This document shows positions 1 to 7,660 of a stretch of 15,049 nt of DNA, in pieces. The stretch is from a virus (taxonomy: Duplodnaviria > Heunggongvirae > Uroviricota > Caudoviricetes): IMG/VR virus record IMGVR_UViG_3300009034_004089, one strand, 5' to 3'. How positions within the stretch are numbered: position 1 is the stretch's first letter; each line of letters starts with the position of its first letter. The notes beneath the pieces were generated by a model, which saw only the letters and a list, made by a program, of their open reading frames with translations, was not told the origin of the DNA and searched no databases. The position numbers were made by a program, and so were the translations under genes.

Positions 1-1284
1 TTACAGACTTCTGGAAGGTTGCGCAGCTCTTACAACACGCGGTTGATCTTCCGCAGCGTCTTCCAGCGCACTTAAATCACGGTCTTTCACCTCTGGCATT
101 TTCAGCGCAGAGATTAAACCAATCACTGAATATGCCATGATCATAATGGCGATCGGATACCAGGATTCCGTCATGGTGCAGAAAATACCCGCCAGGATAG
201 GACCAAAACCGGAAGCGATAAGACCACCAATTTCTTTAGAAATAGCCATCCGGGTAAAGCGGTTTTTACAGCCGAACATTTCTGCCATGGTAATGTTTTC
301 CAGAGCAAATAATCCCAGCACCGCACAGTTATGAATCACAATCAGTGCAACCATAATGGTGCTCGGGGCATAGCTTTTATCTACAATGATAGAAAGCATT
401 GGCCATGCCAGCACAATCGCGGAGGTATTCATAATAATATACGGGATCCGGCGACCAATTTTATCGGATAACCAACCAAGGAACGGAATGGTCATAAAGC
501 CGAGAATCGAACTAATCATCAATGCATCTGTTGGAATTGCTTTGTTAAACAATAACGTCTGCACTAAATAGCCTGCAAGGAAAGTCTGAATTAACCCGGA
601 GTTACCCGCCTGACCAAAACGCAGCCCTGTTGCCAGCCAGAAGGATTTGCTCTGGAACATGCTACCAGCAGGTGCAGGTTTTGCTGTGGGTTGGTTGCTG
701 TCATTAACCTTCTCAAAGACCGGGCTTTCTTTCAGATTCATACGTAACCAGATAGCAAAGACCATCACGACAACGCTCGCCAGGAACGGTATACGCCATC
801 CCCACGCCAGCAGTTCCTCTTTACTGAGAATGAAGAACATAAAGGCCCAGATTGCCGTTGCGCTCAAGGTTCCGCAGTTAGTTCCCATAGCTACAAATGA
901 GGAGATAATTCCGCGCTTACCTTTTGGTGCATATTCCGCCAGCATCGTACCGGCACCGGAAATTTCCGCACCTGCACCCAACCCCTGAATAATACGCAGC
1001 GTCACCAGCAAGATGGGGGCAAAAACACCAATCTGTGCATAGGTCGGTAACACACCAATTAAGGTGGTACAGATCCCCATCATGGTGATGGTAATAAAGA
1101 GCACTTTTTTACGCCCTATTCTGTCGCCCATTTTGCCGAAAATAAATGCTCCGACAATACGCGCCACATAACCTGCACCGTAGGTTCCCATTGCCAAAAT
1201 TAACGCCATTGCCGTTGATGATTCAGGAAAAAATATTTCATGAAACACTAACGCTGCGCCGAGCGAATATAACTGGAAATCCAT
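1..1284 (-). CDS. ydfJ: MFS transporter, metabolite:H+ symporter family (ShiA-like); the ORF begins abruptly at the prophage junction, consistent with an N-terminally truncated chromosomal gene
   Basis: 427-aa ORF ending at window base 1 (stop included); MFS-type multi-TM composition with GxxxDRxGRK-like motif (GKMGDRIGRKK); N-terminus (MDFQLYSLGAALVFHEIFFP) aligns from memory to an internal position of ShiA-type transporters, i.e. first TM segment missing; matches my recollection of K-12 YdfJ (pseudogene interrupted by Qin). Confidence 0.8.
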   Translation of the reverse strand: MDFQLYSLGAALVFHEIFFPESSTAMALILAMGTYGAGYVARIVGAFIFGKMGDRIGRKKVLFITITMMGICTTLIGVLPTYAQIGVFAPILLVTLRIIQGLGAGAEISGAGTMLAEYAPKGKRGIISSFVAMGTNCGTLSATAIWAFMFFILSKEELLAWGWRIPFLASVVVMVFAIWLRMNLKESPVFEKVNDSNQPTAKPAPAGSMFQSKSFWLATGLRFGQAGNSGLIQTFLAGYLVQTLLFNKAIPTDALMISSILGFMTIPFLGWLSDKIGRRIPYIIMNTSAIVLAWPMLSIIVDKSYAPSTIMVALIVIHNCAVLGLFALENITMAEMFGCKNRFTRMAISKEIGGLIASGFGPILAGIFCTMTESWYPIAIMIMAYSVIGLISALKMPEVKDRDLSALEDAAEDQPRVVRAAQPSRSL

Positions 1285-1887
1285 AATTCACAGGTGTTTT
1301 TTCCCATCCTGTGGTTCCCTTGGCGTTTTCTAGGTTTTTTCAGATAGTTGCATTTTTTAAAAAGCATCCTGAGTTCGATCTCAGTGTCTATCTGGGGCCT
1401 ATTTCTGTCCCATATATGCCCCAAAAAAACTCCCCAACAGATAAGTGGTTTTTTCATGGATTTATGCGTAAAATCAAGAACGGCTGGAAATCATTCAATA
1501 CACACACTATCGAAAAATTTACCAGCCAACCGCAGCACGTTCTTGCATAAGGCGTGTCTGCGGTTTTTCAACTATTCAGATACATCACTCCCATCACATT
1601 CATTCCTCCGCATCAAAGGCATATAGGCTATATCACCTTGATATTTTTCTTCTTCAGATAAAAACTGTTATCTATGTATACTTTTAAACCCAATCCGTGT
1701 AGAGTCTCTGCATAAGATAGTTTGCAGTTGCCGCTTCAGCTTGCGCCATAAACCGCCTGATTTTTGCTGCCACCTGTTAGCATTCCTGTATACCTGAAAC
1801 GACAATGTTTATCTACGAACTTTAAGAACACCCAAGATAAAAATCGTCAACTATATCATATATAACACATTAATAATTCGAGGCTAT

Positions 1888-2001
1888 ATGAACAGCATAC
1901 TGATAATCACTTCTCTCCTTATCATATTCAGCATTTTTAGTCATGCCCTAATAAAATTAGGGATTGGCATATCCAATAACCCAGACAAAACCGATGTATA
2001 A
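1888..2001 (+). CDS. Candidate small hydrophobic protein (37 aa, one predicted TM helix)
   Basis: ATG at 1888 preceded by GAGG at 1880-1883; translation [37 protein letters not shown], stop TAA 1999-2001; below the 60-aa cutoff of the ORF track; AT-rich intergenic context upstream of ynaE/ydfK. Confidence 0.25.
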
Positions 2002-2069
2002 GTCAACATATTCTGAATCAGACATACAATATCGCAATGAAAATCAATAATATTTTAAGGAATATCTTC

Positions 2070-2303
2070 ATGAAATCAAAAGACACCCTAAAGTGGTTCC
2101 CTGCGCAGCTTCCTGAAGTAAGAATTATCCTAGGGGATGCTGTAGTGGAAGTAGCAAAACAGGGAAGACCTATCAATACCAGAACATTGCTTGATTACAT
2201 TGAAGGAAACATAAAGAAAAAATCATGGCTGGATAACAAAGAATTATTACAAACAGCGATATCAGTTCTTAAAGACAACCAAAATTTAAATGGTAAAATG
2301 TAA
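2070..2303 (+). CDS. ydfK: YnaE/YdfK-family prophage protein (cold-shock-induced in K-12), 77 aa
   Basis: ORF 2037-2303; the MKSKDTLKWFPAQLPEV... portion from the ATG at 2070 matches remembered K-12 YnaE/YdfK over the full length; AAGGA upstream; ynaE (Rac) and ydfK (Qin) paralogues cannot be told apart by eye, ydfK chosen because of the ydfJ neighbour. Confidence 0.8.
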   Translation: MKSKDTLKWFPAQLPEVRIILGDAVVEVAKQGRPINTRTLLDYIEGNIKKKSWLDNKELLQTAISVLKDNQNLNGKM

Positions 2304-2465
2304 TATAATTAACTTACTTTTTTATCATTTTCCACTTTAACAACATTTTGCTCCACTTTTCCACGACCAAACAACTTGAAATCTGGTTAAAATAACACGC
2401 AACACTATTCTTCTTCCTTGAGTCCGCCCGGAACTCGAAAAACAAACCGAGTTAAAGCCATTTTT

Positions 2466-2483
2466 CACAAAATCGATTTTGGG
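2466..2483. promoter_or_regulatory. Near-perfect palindrome CACAAAATCGATTTTGGG (perfect 14-bp core CAAAATCGATTTTG) about 135 bp upstream of pin; candidate recombinase or regulator binding site
   Basis: Seen directly in sequence; AAAA-N4-TTTT architecture loosely resembles hix/gix-type crossover sites of serine invertases, but the match is weak and no partner site was found. Confidence 0.25.
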
Positions 2484-2618
2484 TCTCACCAAAATTACGG
2501 GGTTGCATACGCATTCGTTTATTTTCGAACGTGTACATACAAATATGCACAAAAATAATCAAAATTATTTTCTGAGATGCATTATGATATGAACACCAAT
2601 TTCGTATAGAGTCTCACT

Positions 2619-3209
2619 ATGTCTCGAATTTTTGCTTACTGTCGGATATCAACGCTGGATCAGACCACCGAAAATCAACGCCGGGAAATCGAAAGTGCAG
2701 GTTTTAAAATCAAACCTCAGCAAATAATCGAAGAACACATTAGCGGCTCAGCAGCAACCAGTGAGCGTCCTGGTTTTAACCGGTTGCTTGCTCGCCTGAA
2801 ATGTGGTGATCAATTGATTGTGACAAAATTGGATCGCCTTGGTTGTAATGCAATGGATATCAGGAAAACAGTGGAACAACTGACCGAAACAGGTATCAGA
2901 GTGCATTGCTTAGCATTGGGGGGCATTGACCTGACCAGTCCAACAGGAAAAATGATGATGCAAGTAATTTCAGCAGTCGCTGAATTTGAACGAGACCTTT
3001 TACTTGAACGCACTCATTCCGGGATAGTAAGAGCCCGCGGCGCAGGGAAACGTTTTGGTCGACCACCTGTGTTAAATGAAGAACAGAAACAGGTGGTATT
3101 CGAACGAATTAAGTCAGGTGTAAGTATAAGTGCCATTGCCCGGGAATTCAAAACCTCGCGGCAAACCATTTTAAGAGCCAAAGCAAAACTTCAGACACCT
3201 GACATATAA
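2619..3209 (+). CDS. pin: Serine recombinase / DNA invertase of the PinR/PinQ family, 196 aa
   Basis: Full-length ORF; N-terminal catalytic motif YCRISTLDQ with the nucleophilic serine; C-terminal HTH region; matches remembered K-12 PinR/PinQ (the paralogues are near-identical, so which one is not resolvable by eye). Confidence 0.9.
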
Positions 3210-3306
3210 AAAATAATCTCGGTGTGAGATGCTTTACGTCTTCCAAGCCCCCTTCCTTGCCGTAAATGGAAAGATACATCTAATTATAGAATTTATATGT
3301 TTTACC

Positions 3307-3417
3307 CTACGGCAGTGCTGGCCATTCAATATCCTGTGCAGTTGACGTATCAACACGGTTCAGCAATACCCGATACTTTTTCCATGCTTCCAGCAACGAG
3401 GTTTCTTCCTCCGTTGC
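3307..3417 (-). pseudogene. tfa: Tail fibre assembly protein (Tfa) C-terminal remnant, about 36 codons
   Basis: Minus-strand frame reads ...[36 protein letters not shown], matching the C-terminus of K-12 TfaR/TfaQ; upstream in-frame sequence ([17 protein letters not shown]) is unrelated and overlaps the 97-aa gene in another frame, so only the 3' end of tfa survives. Confidence 0.7.
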
Positions 3418-3436
3418 ATATACAGCCCACCTTTTT

Positions 3437-3730
3437 TCACCCACGATTAACCAACAGCCAGACCAGCAGACACGCCACCACCGGCACAGCAAAATCCATC
3501 AGGCTTGCCACATCCCACGCGCGCGGATCAAAACCGCCCCACCACGGCATATTCATTCGCTTGCCATGCCCGAACATTTCAATCCAGCGATATTCTGCCT
3601 GGGTATGTTCACGCGCAATGAAGAACGTACAACCGGCTATCGCTCCGTAAGCCCAGTTTCCGGTAAAAAGACCAACCAGTATCTGCGCAGCCACAGCACA
3701 AAGTGCATGAAGTAAGGGGCTTATATCCAT
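3437..3730 (-). CDS. Hypothetical small integral membrane protein (97 aa, about 3 predicted TM helices)
   Basis: ATG at 3730 preceded by GGAGG with a 5-nt spacer; 12-nt gap to the upstream 92-aa gene; hydrophobic stretches [51 protein letters not shown]; not recognised. Confidence 0.6.
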   Translation of the reverse strand: MDISPLLHALCAVAAQILVGLFTGNWAYGAIAGCTFFIAREHTQAEYRWIEMFGHGKRMNMPWWGGFDPRAWDVASLMDFAVPVVACLLVWLLVNRG

Positions 3731-3742
3731 TATTTCCTCCTT

Positions 3743-4021
3743 TCAGCTCCATTCCCGAAGCGGTGTTTCCAGCTCCACGACATAATCAGAGAATACAGAA
3801 ACATCAAACAAGTCATCAAGAATGCGAATGTTGACAAAATAACCGTTATTCCGGATACAGACAGGTTCTCCCTCTTCAGTTACCCCTGTTTCTGTGTAGG
3901 TGAAACCAATTTCATCGACTAACAGTTTATTCTGGAGGTCTTCATCTTCCTCCCAGTCAAGAGATGACAGGAAGGATTTAAACTCTCTGTTACCAGGAAA
4001 TTTCAAAGTTAAATCTTTCAT
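3743..4021 (-). CDS. Hypothetical acidic soluble protein (92 aa)
   Basis: ATG at 4021 overlaps the TGA of the upstream 251-aa ORF (ATGA coupling); AGGAGG directly upstream; acidic composition (DWEEDEDLQ, EEGEP); not recognised. Confidence 0.6.
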   Translation of the reverse strand: MKDLTLKFPGNREFKSFLSSLDWEEDEDLQNKLLVDEIGFTYTETGVTEEGEPVCIRNNGYFVNIRILDDLFDVSVFSDYVVELETPLREWS

Positions 4022-4773
4022 ACTGCCTCCTTGATTTGCCTGTCATTTAATTCTTTAAACCAGACTCTGAAATTTCTGATGTGTCCAAACAAATGACGCG
4101 TTCCTGCTGCGGTCTGCCCACCAAACCGGTACGATGTTGCTGTAACTCCAAATATTTTACCATTAAGGTTTGTTGTATAATTACCATTGCATATTGCATT
4201 TACTGATAAATCAGATTTAGCTCTCACACCCACAATGAACCTTTCTCCATCTGAGGAAATTTGTGGCTGAACCATTCCTACGTTGGCGCTTATCTTTCCT
4301 GTTGAAACAAACCCCAGCGATAAATAATTATCATCAATACTGTGCCCTCCAACATCAAATATCCTTGGCGCAACATTGGGCGGTGTACTCCAGTTCCTCC
4401 TTACTTCGCACAATACTGTAAAAGGCCGTGTTGACAGGTTATTCGCCGAGGGGATAGTAACCACATCACTTGCGCGTGTTGTTGGCATTGTAGTTACAAT
4501 AAATGACGATGCCGTATTGCCCAGTTCAATTTGCGGCGTCGTCATGGTTAATGTTGAGTCATCATAGAATGGCTCATTACTTATTTTATTTGTCATATAA
4601 AAAGCACAGTTAACGGTATCAATGTCCGTATTAGCTGTATAAGTGGCCTCATAGTAGGTCCACTCGCCCTGTTGTTCAGCTTTGGCTGTTATAAGGGATG
4701 TATTACCGCTTACTGTTGCGATCCGGGTATTCGCCTTTATCGGTGTAAAATTCATCTGGCGACATACCGCCAT
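4018..4773 (-). CDS. Hypothetical beta-rich protein (251 aa) with a C-terminal region resembling a LamG/concanavalin-A-like jelly-roll lectin domain; possibly a receptor-binding or adhesin-type module
   Basis: T/N/S/G-rich composition typical of beta-sandwich fibre or lectin domains; C-terminal FGGQTAAGTRHLFGHIRNFRVWFKELNDRQIKEAV resembles the last strands of Laminin_G_3-type domains (pattern recognition only); in-frame stop 3 codons upstream of the ATG; no clear SD; first of three coupled genes. Confidence 0.55.
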   Translation of the reverse strand: MAVCRQMNFTPIKANTRIATVSGNTSLITAKAEQQGEWTYYEATYTANTDIDTVNCAFYMTNKISNEPFYDDSTLTMTTPQIELGNTASSFIVTTMPTTRASDVVTIPSANNLSTRPFTVLCEVRRNWSTPPNVAPRIFDVGGHSIDDNYLSLGFVSTGKISANVGMVQPQISSDGERFIVGVRAKSDLSVNAICNGNYTTNLNGKIFGVTATSYRFGGQTAAGTRHLFGHIRNFRVWFKELNDRQIKEAV

Positions 4774-5098
4774 CCCGAATCAGCTTTGCCCGGGTTTCCC
4801 CCACAATCTGTTTTTGTCTGGTGTAAGGCTGACGCAAAAACCATTCCCTGTAGGTTGTATCTCCGGCCAGAACAATGACCGGAACAGAATCCATTTTGAG
4901 CATTTCAGCCGCCATAACACGACCGTGACCCGCAATAATTTCGCCCTTTTCGTCAATCAGCACCGGATTAGTCCAGCCGAATTGCTTAATACTTTCTACC
5001 AGTTGTGCCACCTGCTCAGTACTGTGCGTCCTGGCGTTGTGCGCATACGGTGACAATTCTTGTAATGGGCGATAGACTATCTTTAATTTCTCGCTCAT
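4703..5098 (-). pseudogene. ynaK: ParB-like nuclease domain protein (YnaK-like), N-terminal ~79 aa conserved then out-of-family tail; truncated at a recombination junction near 4860
   Basis: ORF starts MSEKLKIVYRPLQELSPYAHNARTHSTEQVAQLVESIKQFGWTNPVLIDEKGEIIAGHGRVMAAEMLKMDSVPVIVLAG (ParB N-terminal fold with GHGR motif, as I recall K-12 YnaK); the remaining ~50 codons overlap the 251-aa gene in another frame and look non-native. Confidence 0.65.
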
Positions 5099-5117
5099 AC
5101 AGCCTTGCTTTATGAAT

Positions 5118-5150
5118 AAAACGCACCCCAGCAGCCAGTGCTACTGGGGG
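5118..5150 (-). terminator. Candidate intrinsic terminator downstream of trkG
   Basis: Inverted repeat CCCCAG...CTGGGG (5126-5131 / 5145-5150) followed on the minus strand by a T-rich tract (plus-strand AAAA at 5118-5121). Confidence 0.35.
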
Positions 5151-5235
5151 CGGAGGTGTTGCTGGTAAAGTTAGGTATTGGATCAATGAGTGAGTCAATA
5201 TAATATTAAACTCACAATTATAAATCAGCCATATA

Positions 5236-6693
5236 TTAGGAGCGCCAAAAAAAACCTGAAAACAATATAATAACAGGATAAATTTCAAGGCGACCAAGAA
5301 TCATAGCTATGCACATTAAATATTTTGCAATGTCATTAAGCACTCCGAATGACGATGCAGTAGCCCCAAAACCTAATCCCATATTATTAATACATGCAGC
5401 CACTGTTGCAAATGATGTAAGAAAATCATATCCCATACCATTTAACACCAGTATAAAAAACACCGTGAAGAGAGTATAAAGAAAAAAGAAACTCCATACA
5501 GACCTCATTACACGATCTGTAACTATCTTCCCTCCTACATTTACACTCAACAACGCTCTGGGATGAGAAAGCTGATTTATCTCGTGTTTGCTTTGTTTGA
5601 AAAGTATAAGAAATCGAAGTGACTTAATTCCACCACAAGTTGAACCTATACATCCCCCAAAGAAACTTGACGACAGCAAAAACACTATCGTGTGCGTGGG
5701 CCAGCTTGCATAATCCTGCGTAGCTAAACCATTATCAGTGAGCATGGAGCTGGCAAGAAAAAACGAATGAATAAAACTTCCATGCAAGTCATACATACCT
5801 ATATGCCAGACCTGGAAAGAGGTAACAATGATCACCCCTAAGGCTATTAACAGAAAGAAACGAAGTTCAATATCTCTGATTAAAGGTTTTATCGTTTTCC
5901 TGCTAATAACAATATACCAAAGAGTGAAGTTGAAAGCCGATAGCAGGGAAAAAGAACCAGCCACCAGCTCAACCAAATAGTTATTAAAATATCCGATACT
6001 CTCGCTATGAGTTGAGAAACCACCAAGCGAAACTGTGGAAATCCCGTGACAAATAGCATCAAACAAAGGCATTCCTGCAAGTCTATAACAGACAATACAA
6101 GCAATACCTAATAAAGAATAAGTTATCCACAGTGTCCGTGACGTATCGGCCAGGCGGGGAGTGAGTTTGTCATCCTTAAATGGCCCCGGCATTTCTGACT
6201 GATAAAGCTTTGCACCACCAATACCCAATAATGGCAATACAGCAACCGCCAGAACAATAACTCCTAAACCACCTATAAAATTTAACTGTGACCGATAGTA
6301 CAAATATGCCCGAGGTAATGAACTAACATCATCAATTACAGTTGCTCCTGTTGTTGTTATTCCAGAAACCCCTTCAAACAGAGCATCAATGAACGTTAAA
6401 TTAAGTTCTGAGTCAATCCATAAAGGGAATGCACTAATAACAGAAAACAAAATCCAAAACATTACAATTATAATAAACCCATCACGGGTACGTAATTGAA
6501 TGCCAGATTTCTTAGTTGTATACCACGCTCCGCCACCAATGCAAAAAAATATAACGAAAGTTATAAAGAAAACGAATAGGCTTTTTTCTTTATAAAACAA
6601 TGCTACAACCATTGGTGGCAACATTGAAAGACTATAGAGCCAAACCAGGAACCCACACATATGAGTAACAACTCTTACATGAGATGTATTCAT
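5236..6693 (-). CDS. trkG: Trk-system potassium uptake protein TrkG (485 aa)
   Basis: Translation from the ATG at 6693 (MNTSHVRVVTHMCGFLVWLYSL...) matches remembered K-12 TrkG end to end; multi-TM TrkH/TrkG family; conspicuously AT-rich; the track ORF begins 6 codons earlier at a TTG. Confidence 0.9.
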   Translation of the reverse strand: MNTSHVRVVTHMCGFLVWLYSLSMLPPMVVALFYKEKSLFVFFITFVIFFCIGGGAWYTTKKSGIQLRTRDGFIIIVMFWILFSVISAFPLWIDSELNLTFIDALFEGVSGITTTGATVIDDVSSLPRAYLYYRSQLNFIGGLGVIVLAVAVLPLLGIGGAKLYQSEMPGPFKDDKLTPRLADTSRTLWITYSLLGIACIVCYRLAGMPLFDAICHGISTVSLGGFSTHSESIGYFNNYLVELVAGSFSLLSAFNFTLWYIVISRKTIKPLIRDIELRFFLLIALGVIIVTSFQVWHIGMYDLHGSFIHSFFLASSMLTDNGLATQDYASWPTHTIVFLLSSSFFGGCIGSTCGGIKSLRFLILFKQSKHEINQLSHPRALLSVNVGGKIVTDRVMRSVWSFFFLYTLFTVFFILVLNGMGYDFLTSFATVAACINNMGLGFGATASSFGVLNDIAKYLMCIAMILGRLEIYPVIILFSGFFWRS

Positions 6694-6830
6694 ATCTAAA
6701 TATTCTTTCAATTATAACCACCTTGCTGCAATATTATGATTATACTGTATAAAATTTAACTCCTCTTAGATCTTACTTCACTGTTCCTTATGAAACAATC
6801 ATCAAAATGAATCATATTGTAGTTAAGATT

Positions 6831-7660
6831 TTACTTTAAACACTGTTCGGTTATGTATTGCTGAGCACCTTCAAGTTGGGCCTGCATCATTACCAGTCGT
6901 TCCCGGAGGGTGAAATAATCCCGTTCAGCGGTGTCTGCCAGTCGGGGGGAGGCTGCATTATCCACGCCGGAGGCGGTGGTGGCTTCACGCACTGACTGAC
7001 AGACTGCTTTGATGTGCAACCGACGACGACCAGCGGCAACATCATCACGCAGAGCATCATTTTCAGCTTTAGCATCAGCTAACTCCTTCGTGTATTTTGC
7101 ATCGAGCGCAGCAACATCACGCTGACGCATCTGCATGTCAGTAATTGCCGCGTTCGCCAGCTTCAGTTCTCTGGCATTTTTGTCGCGCTGGGCTTTGTAG
7201 GTAATGGCGTTATCACGGTAATGATTAACAGCCCATGACAGGCAGACGATGATGCAGATAACCAGAGCNNNNNNNNNNNNNNNNNNNNNNNNNNNNNNNN
7301 NNNNNNNNNNNNNNNNNNNNNNNNNNNNNNNNNNNNNNNNNNNNNNNNNNNNNNNNNNNNNNNNNNNNNNNNNNNNNNNNNNNNNNNNNNNNNNNNNNNN
7401 NNNNNNNNNNNNNNNNNNNNNNNNNNNNNNNNNNNNGCATCAGCTAACTCCTTCGTGTATTTTGCATCGAGCGCAGCAACATCACGCTGACGCATCTGCA
7501 TGTCAGTAATTGCCGCGTTCGCCAGCTTCAGTTCTCTGGCATTTTTGTCGCGCTGCTCTTTGTAGGCGGTGGCGTTATCACGGTAATGATTAACAGCCCA
7601 TGACAGGCAGACGATGATGCAGATAACCAGAGCATAAATAATCGCGGCGACTCTGCTCAC
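6831..7660 (-). CDS. Rz (i-spanin, inner-membrane spanin subunit); annotated span is inflated by a 168-N gap plus a 197-bp duplicated overlap; the true gene is about 465 nt
   Basis: N-terminal part (7660 down to 7437, probable GTG start overlapping the endolysin stop) reads [74 protein letters not shown]; C-terminal part (7136 down to 6831) reads [48 protein letters not shown]...EQCLK; resembles K-12 RzpD/RzpR. Confidence 0.75.
6890..7075 (-). CDS. Rz1 (o-spanin, outer-membrane lipoprotein spanin subunit), 61 aa, embedded in the +1 frame of Rz
   Basis: [26 protein letters not shown]... with lipobox LVVVGC and proline-rich tract [15 protein letters not shown]; classic embedded Rz1 architecture. 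Confidence 0.8.
   Translation of the reverse strand: MLKLKMMLCVMMLPLVVVGCTSKQSVSQCVKPPPPPAWIMQPPPDWQTPLNGIISPSGNDW
7072..7268. repeat. Copy A of a 197-bp duplicated Rz segment abutting the N-gap (5 mismatches versus copy B)
   Basis: 7072-7268 aligns base for base with 7437-7633 except GGctttgtaggTAA versus CTctttgtaggCGG; ends exactly at the first N. Confidence 0.9.
7269..7436. other. Run of 168 N (scaffold gap)
   Basis: Literal N characters in the sequence; flanked on both sides by overlapping near-identical sequence, the signature of un-merged contig ends. Confidence 0.95.
7437..7633. repeat. Copy B of the 197-bp duplicated Rz segment, starting immediately after the N-gap
   Basis: See copy A; begins exactly at the first base after the N-run. 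Confidence 0.9.

Noticed and set aside
137-988. Plus-strand ORFs 137-334, 386-571, 647-988
   Set aside because: Antisense to the well-supported ydfJ transporter gene; no SD or recognisable protein features.
1248-1626. ORFs 1248-1457 (minus), 1311-1550 and 1348-1626 (plus) in the ydfJ-ydfK spacer
   Set aside because: Mutually overlapping frames in AT-rich intergenic DNA with implausible composition; more likely junction and 5' leader sequence. I also looked for a ttcA-like fragment here and did not see one.
2337-2552. 71-aa minus-strand ORF between ydfK and pin
   Set aside because: Cys-rich, low-complexity translation with no SD; lies in the probable pin promoter region.
2810-3013. 67-aa minus-strand ORF
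   Set aside because: Antisense within pin.
3297-3650. 117-aa plus-strand ORF and the 61-aa minus ORF 3307-3492 as a gene
   Set aside because: The plus ORF is antisense to the tfa remnant and the 97-aa gene; the minus ORF is a chimera of the tfa remnant with non-coding read-through, so it is annotated as a pseudogene fragment only.
3437-3730. The 97-aa 3-TM protein as the missing holin of the lysis cassette
   Set aside because: It is about 4 kb from the endolysin, on the other side of trkG and co-operonic with the tail-side cassette, and it lacks the charged C-terminal tail typical of class I holins; cannot be fully excluded without testing.
4376-5053. Plus-strand ORFs 4376-4567, 4672-4878, 4682-5053
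   Set aside because: Antisense to the 251-aa gene and the ynaK stub; no independent support.
5016-6104. Minus-strand ORFs 5016-5297 and 5889-6104
   Set aside because: Alternative frames overlapping trkG and its terminator region; trkG identification is secure.
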